From the IMG/VR virus record IMGVR_UViG_3300045988_085428, positions 1 to 36,649 of that record: a DNA stretch of 36,649 nt. One strand, 5' to 3'. Under the pieces are notes generated by a model. That model searched no databases and was not told the origin of the DNA. It saw only the letters and a program-made list of their open reading frames with translations. The stretch is from a virus. Shown here piece by piece: positions 33,336 through 36,649 of this stretch. Positions within the stretch are counted from its first letter, which is position 1; every line of letters begins with the position of its first letter. The position numbers and the translations under genes are program-made.

Positions 33336-34229
33336 TTATTCCACCTTTCCGAATCGAATCCGATTCTTTAACATATATTCACGGAGCGCCATGAGCTGTT
33401 CACTGGTTCCCCATACACGGAAGTCAAGCTGGAATACCGGTTCTTCCTCTTCCGGAGCTGAAACTTTTTCCTCTGCCGGAGCTTCCGGTACAGATCTGGA
33501 TACTGTTTCCTTTTCCGTCTCAGGTTCTTCCTTCTGCTCAGCTGCAGTCTGCTGCTTCGCTGCCTCTTCCGCTTCCCTTGCTTTCCGCTCCGCCTCCATG
33601 CGTTCTGCTTCCAGTTTTCTTTTCTGGATGTCGGCAAGCCTCTGTCCTTCCTGAATTGCCTGGTTCATGTCCAGTGTCTTCCGGTAAACTTCCATTGCTT
33701 CAAACTTAAACTCCGGAAGCTTGCTGATCGTCACCACATCCGTACCGATCTGGTACATCCGGCTCTTCATCTGCTCTTCAATCTTTGGAAGCGTAACCGT
33801 TGCATTCAGCCACTTTTCATCCCAGATCATGTCCAGCTTCACAAAGCTCTGGAAACCGATGGATGCAAACAGTTCTTCAATCTCTTCCCGTTTTACAGTC
33901 TTGCGGCGTTCATCAATCTCCTTGATCTGGGAGTCGATCAGTCCGATTGGTTCATCGATCAGTGCCGTAATTTCCTTGACCTGCTGCTCAAACTTGGTGT
34001 ACGGCTCCATGCAGATCTTCTTGACACGCTTCCGTTCGTCCTCGAAAGCTTTTTTCAGCTTGTTCAGATCTGCCCGATCCGCTTTCATGTCCTTGAGCGA
34101 ATCCTCTGTGTAGGCGATCGTCTTATAGTCCTTTACCTTCTCGGCAATTGCAGCCTTTAATTCCTCGTTGTTCCACAGGATCTGCTCTGTAAGCCAATTT
34201 TCCTGTGGATTTGTAATCCGTAATTCCAT
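33336..34229 (-). CDS. DUF1351-like protein, 297 aa
   Basis: ATG at 34229 after AGGAGGA. Long charged helices with a Glu/Ala/Lys-rich stretch. Lies between exo and recT, where I recall this family occurring. Confidence 0.55.
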   Translation of the reverse strand: MELRITNPQENWLTEQILWNNEELKAAIAEKVKDYKTIAYTEDSLKDMKADRADLNKLKKAFEDERKRVKKICMEPYTKFEQQVKEITALIDEPIGLIDSQIKEIDERRKTVKREEIEELFASIGFQSFVKLDMIWDEKWLNATVTLPKIEEQMKSRMYQIGTDVVTISKLPEFKFEAMEVYRKTLDMNQAIQEGQRLADIQKRKLEAERMEAERKAREAEEAAKQQTAAEQKEEPETEKETVSRSVPEAPAEEKVSAPEEEEPVFQLDFRVWGTSEQLMALREYMLKNRIRFGKVE

Positions 34230-34246
34230 ACGCTCCTCCTTCTTTT

Positions 34247-34903
34247 TTAGATCTCCGGAAGTATCAGTGGTGGTTTTCTTCCACTTTCCACATACTTCCA
34301 AAATTTGATTTCTTCTTCCTGCAGATAATCCAGATCAGCCTGGACTTCCGCTCTTTCAATAAAATAATGCTTTACCTGTGTCCGGACGTCTGTTCCCCAG
34401 TTGCTCCGCAAATGCGCCCGGAGGACAACAAACTCATATCCGGTAACAAGCAGATAATGCAGCACCTGAATGTAATAATTATCCGGGATCCGGTCCTTCC
34501 ATTTCTCATATTGCATAGACTGCAGAATGTTGGTGGTCTTAATCTCCAGAATCCCTTTCCGACCATCCTGATCAACCAGCTCCCCATCCAGAGAAGCCTG
34601 CATGAACGGATACTCCAGACTCTGCAAGATCCGGTATTCATGATGCGTGACCTGATACTGTGGATAATCCAGGCGGAACAGTTCCCTGATGTACTGCTCC
34701 GCCTCTTTTCCATAGATCACGTAAGGCTTTTCCGAAATGTCTGGTGCAATCCTTCTCCCGGTCTTTTCTTCAAACAGTTCAATGTTTGTCTTGTATGGGT
34801 TCTTTCCAACTACGGCACTGGCATCACTGCCGCCGATCCCGTTTAACCGCCCCTTCAGCCAGGCTTTTTCATCTTCAAAATCATAGATTTTATAAGGTTC
34901 CAT
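34247..34903 (-). CDS. YqaJ-type (lambda Exo-like, PD-(D/E)xK) recombination exonuclease, 218 aa
   Basis: Motifs GIGGSDASAVVG, ASLDG and ILEIKT. Confidence 0.85.
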   Translation of the reverse strand: MEPYKIYDFEDEKAWLKGRLNGIGGSDASAVVGKNPYKTNIELFEEKTGRRIAPDISEKPYVIYGKEAEQYIRELFRLDYPQYQVTHHEYRILQSLEYPFMQASLDGELVDQDGRKGILEIKTTNILQSMQYEKWKDRIPDNYYIQVLHYLLVTGYEFVVLRAHLRSNWGTDVRTQVKHYFIERAEVQADLDYLQEEEIKFWKYVESGRKPPLILPEI

Positions 34904-34918
34904 CTTTTCCTCACGTTT

Positions 34919-35053
34919 TTATATGATGATATATGTATGTTCTGTTCCGTCTACATGCTGTTCTGCCGCTTCTACCGCTTCCTCGTAATAGCCAAACAAA
35001 CCGTAGATCCACCCATCAGAGCACCGAATAATCAATGGTTTCTTCTCCATCAT
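34919..35053 (-). CDS. Small protein, 44 aa (not in the ORF track)
   Basis: AAGGGGG RBS. Ends 15 nt before the exonuclease start and fills an otherwise empty gap. Confidence 0.4.
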   Translation of the reverse strand: MMEKKPLIIRCSDGWIYGLFGYYEEAVEAAEQHVDGTEHTYIII

Positions 35054-35081
35054 CACGCCCCCTTTAGGTACACATCTTCTT

Positions 35082-35339
35082 TTAAAGTGGCATATGTTTC
35101 AAAAGTATCATCATGGCTTTTCCTGCTATATCCATCGCTTCCTTTGTAACCTCTTCACTTGTTAAAAGTCCAAGTCTTACCGCATGACTAATCAAATCTT
35201 TTGCTTGATCTTCGTTGAGTTCGCCTTTCTCCACTATCGTTGTTTTAACGCTCCGGACAGCAATTGATATATCTGTCATCATACCAGGCACTCCCTCTGA
35301 TGTTTTGATTTCACATACTCCATTTTCAACTTTGATCAT
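35082..35339 (-). CDS. Hypothetical protein, 85 aa
   Basis: GGAGGAGAAAG RBS. No family recognised. Confidence 0.6.
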   Translation of the reverse strand: MIKVENGVCEIKTSEGVPGMMTDISIAVRSVKTTIVEKGELNEDQAKDLISHAVRLGLLTSEEVTKEAMDIAGKAMMILLKHMPL

Positions 35340-35367
35340 TGACTTTCTCCTCCGACTTTCCTATAAT

Positions 35368-35616
35368 TTAATTGGTATTTTTGTTATGTGCGCCACTGGA
35401 AGTTGCCGCTTCCGGGCGCATTTCTTTTTCTTCCAATACTACCGTTTTTCTGCCTGCTTCTTTCAGGCTGTCTACATACTGTTCCAAATATGGGATCGCG
35501 TTCTGCTTGAAATACTCAGAACTACGGTTGACTTTTTCTGTCGATTTCAGGATCTTAATCCATTCATCCAGCTTCTCTACCTTGATCCGCCTCTTACGCT
35601 ACTTCTCTTCTGGCAT
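35368..35616 (-). pseudogene. 82-codon ORF interrupted by an in-frame TAG at codon 6 (35599-35601)
   Basis: GGGAGG lies 9 nt before the ATG at 35616. Translation reads MPEEK*RKRRIKVEKLDEWIKILKSTEKVNRSSEYFKQNAIPYLEQYVDSLKEAGRK... and ends 28 nt before the next gene. No in-frame ATG or GTG start in the first 37 codons after the TAG (first are TTG at codon 38 and ATG at codon 60). Confidence 0.5.
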
Positions 35617-35830
35617 GCTCCCTCGCCTCCCTTATTTTCCTTTTCCGTTCCAGGCTTTCCAGCATCCGGAAATATTCCAGCGCAAATGCTCCGGCAGAAA
35701 ACGTCGTAAATCCAAGTGCTGCATATAAATAAAACAGCTCATGACTTTTTACCGAACATGCACCAACCATCATTATGATTCCGGTAACGCTTGCAATTAC
35801 ACCGAGCGTTTTTGCAATTTTATAAAACAT
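35594..35830 (-). CDS. Small membrane protein, 78 aa, two TM helices and a basic tail
   Basis: GGGAGGGA RBS. Hydrophobic segments LGVIASVTGIIMMVGA and LYAALGFTTFSAGAFAL. Confidence 0.65.
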   Translation of the reverse strand: MFYKIAKTLGVIASVTGIIMMVGACSVKSHELFYLYAALGFTTFSAGAFALEYFRMLESLERKRKIREAREHARREVA

Positions 35831-35847
35831 CTCTCATCCCTCCCTTC

Positions 35848-36066
35848 TCATCTCTTTAACCGCCTGTCCACTTCTTCAACTGGAATTTTCAGCCAGTCTG
35901 CAAGTGCCTGTTTATTAACCTCGTAAGAATACTGCATGTTTCCAGTCTGTTTAGGCGGAATGGCTTCTCCGAACTTCCAATTGCCACGTTTCAGCCGCTC
36001 GCAAACCTTTTTTGAAGCGCAGCCGATAACTCTTGCTGCCTGTGCAGCACTTAAAACATCATTCAC
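35848..36066 (-). CDS. Small HTH DNA-binding protein, 72 aa, GTG start (excisionase / regulator candidate)
   Basis: AAGGAGGG RBS. HTH-like stretch LSAAQAARVIGCASKKVCERLKRG. Confidence 0.6.
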   Translation of the reverse strand: MNDVLSAAQAARVIGCASKKVCERLKRGNWKFGEAIPPKQTGNMQYSYEVNKQALADWLKIPVEEVDRRLKR

Positions 36067-36081
36067 ATTTATCCCTCCTTC

Positions 36082-36249
36082 TTAAGCATCTATCACCGCA
36101 AATATGGAAGAAGTCCCTTTGATTTTTATGGTTATCTCTGTATTGCCATCACCATAATTTATAACCTTGTAATCATCAATTTCTGCTTCTTGCCCTTTTA
36201 CCCCTAAAAAAGTACGACCCTCGATTTTATGGACGTATATCTTGTCCAT
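36082..36249 (-). CDS. Hypothetical protein, 55 aa
   Basis: The ATG at 36249 is preferred because the longer track ORF (to 36306) would overlap the plus-strand promoter 36285-36313. Confidence 0.5.
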   Translation of the reverse strand: MDKIYVHKIEGRTFLGVKGQEAEIDDYKVINYGDGNTEITIKIKGTSSIFAVIDA

Positions 36250-36284
36250 TTCTTCCTCTTTCGTCAGACATGCCACCTCCCTTA

Positions 36285-36313
36285 TTGAATCTTTCCTGAA
36301 TCTCATCTATACT
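36285..36313 (+). promoter_or_regulatory. Sigma-70-type promoter for 36364-36591
   Basis: TTGAAT (36285-36290), 17-nt spacer, TATACT (36308-36313). Two TGAATC direct repeats (36286-36291 and 36297-36302), 11 bp apart, overlap the -35 element and the spacer. Confidence 0.6.
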
Positions 36314-36363
36314 TTTGAATACAGGCACCGCCACGCCAAATATTTATGGAAGGAGATATGCAC

Positions 36364-36591
36364 ATGAATTCCAACTGGCACGCACAAATGATGGTTGATG
36401 AAATCAACAAACAAAGTGAACGTGATGCTCTTTTAAAAGAAACTCATGATACACTTTTAAAGATGCAGGAAGATTCCAAAAAAGAATCCGCTATAGAATC
36501 TAAACGTTTTATAATTCAGACCGTTCTTTCTGTAGCCTCTCTAATTGTTGCTGCAATTGCTGCTGTTGCATCCATAATTGCTTTGCTGTAA
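36364..36591 (+). CDS. Tail-anchored small membrane protein, 75 aa (lysogeny-strand moron)
   Basis: GGAAGGAGA lies 7 nt before the ATG at 36364. Charged helical N-terminal part and a single C-terminal TM helix TVLSVASLIVAAIAAVASIIALL. Confidence 0.7.
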   Translation: MNSNWHAQMMVDEINKQSERDALLKETHDTLLKMQEDSKKESAIESKRFIIQTVLSVASLIVAAIAAVASIIALL

Positions 36592-36594
36592 TAA

Positions 36595-36649
36595 TTATGG
36601 ATATCTGATTGATAGCCGTTAAAAATGCGGCTATCGATACTGCTACGAT
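36595..36649. repeat. Terminal direct repeat, copy 2 (identical to 1-55)
   Basis: Read directly. Confidence 0.98.
36608..36638. terminator. Hairpin downstream of 36364-36591 (same sequence as 14-44)
   Basis: Stem attGATAGCCG / CGGCTATCgat beginning 17 nt after the stop codon. Confidence 0.45.

Larger units (their letters stand above)
1..36649. mobile_element. Complete temperate tailed-phage (siphovirus-type) genome, circularly closed; unique length 36,594 bp
   Basis: All canonical modules are present in canonical order: int, switch, recombination/replication, late regulator, packaging, head, tail, lysis, attP. The two 55-nt ends are identical. Confidence 0.9.

Noticed and set aside
1-36649. 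Genome-wide TAG (amber) reassignment, suggested by the in-frame TAG at 35599-35601
   Set aside because: TAG ends several well-delimited genes (stops at 7808, 8706, 20514, 22234, 26479 and 28085, among others). Each is followed by an RBS and the next start, and the downstream frames are not open. All long genes are intact under the standard code.
1-36649. Scan for CRISPR arrays, tRNA or tmRNA genes, reverse transcriptase/DGR template-variable repeat pairs, and transposases
   Set aside because: I found no regularly spaced direct repeats, no T-loop/acceptor-like tRNA signatures, no RT motifs (YxDD) in any long ORF, and no transposase-like ORF or terminal inverted repeats. The only recombinases are the integrase and the truncated fragment.

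Overview
The window is one complete, circularly closed temperate siphovirus-type phage genome. Positions 1-55 are identical to 36595-36649, so the unique length is 36,594 bp. The host is probably a Gram-positive clostridial bacterium; this is inferred from the ChW-repeat endolysin, a CD1375/XkdX-like small gene and low-GC Shine-Dalgarno sites. No database search was possible, so every family name comes from motifs read in the translations.

Layout:
- Plus strand, lysogeny module: cI-like HTH repressor (1847-2179), ImmA-like protein (2210-2674), lipoprotein moron (2721-3218), structured region with terminator, tyrosine integrase (3391-4554), then a candidate attP (4546-4791).
- Minus strand, lytic genes, read across the circle junction: Cro-like HTH (1678-1454), zinc-ribbon gene (475-83), small early genes (36249-34919), YqaJ exonuclease / DUF1351 / RecT / RusA recombination module, DUF4373 replisome organizer, and about 15 small early accessory genes that include a Lar-like anti-restriction protein and two DUF551 paralogs.
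- These are followed by a sigma-region-4-like late regulator, terS, terL, portal, MuF/gp7-type protein, scaffold, capsid, connector genes, major tail protein, chaperones, tape measure, Dit, Tal, fibre, Ig-like proteins, holin and an amidase-ChW endolysin (6239-4896).

Points most worth follow-up:
1. Two self-contained promoter-gene-terminator cassettes for membrane proteins lie on the lysogeny strand, flanking the circle junction.
2. The MuF-type head protein carries a C-terminal HEMAH zincin-like extension and is followed by small cargo genes.
3. An orphan 3' fragment of a XerC/D-like recombinase sits in the fibre region, with its own terminator and a perfect 16-bp inverted repeat.
4. An otherwise well-placed early ORF is interrupted by TAG at codon 6.
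5. A G9/C9 tract lies inside an early HTH gene.
6. Three hairpins ending in a terminator abut the int ribosome-binding site.
7. A three-operator switch and an attP with paired 11-mer repeats are clearly resolvable.

No tRNA, rRNA, CRISPR array, reverse transcriptase or transposase was seen.
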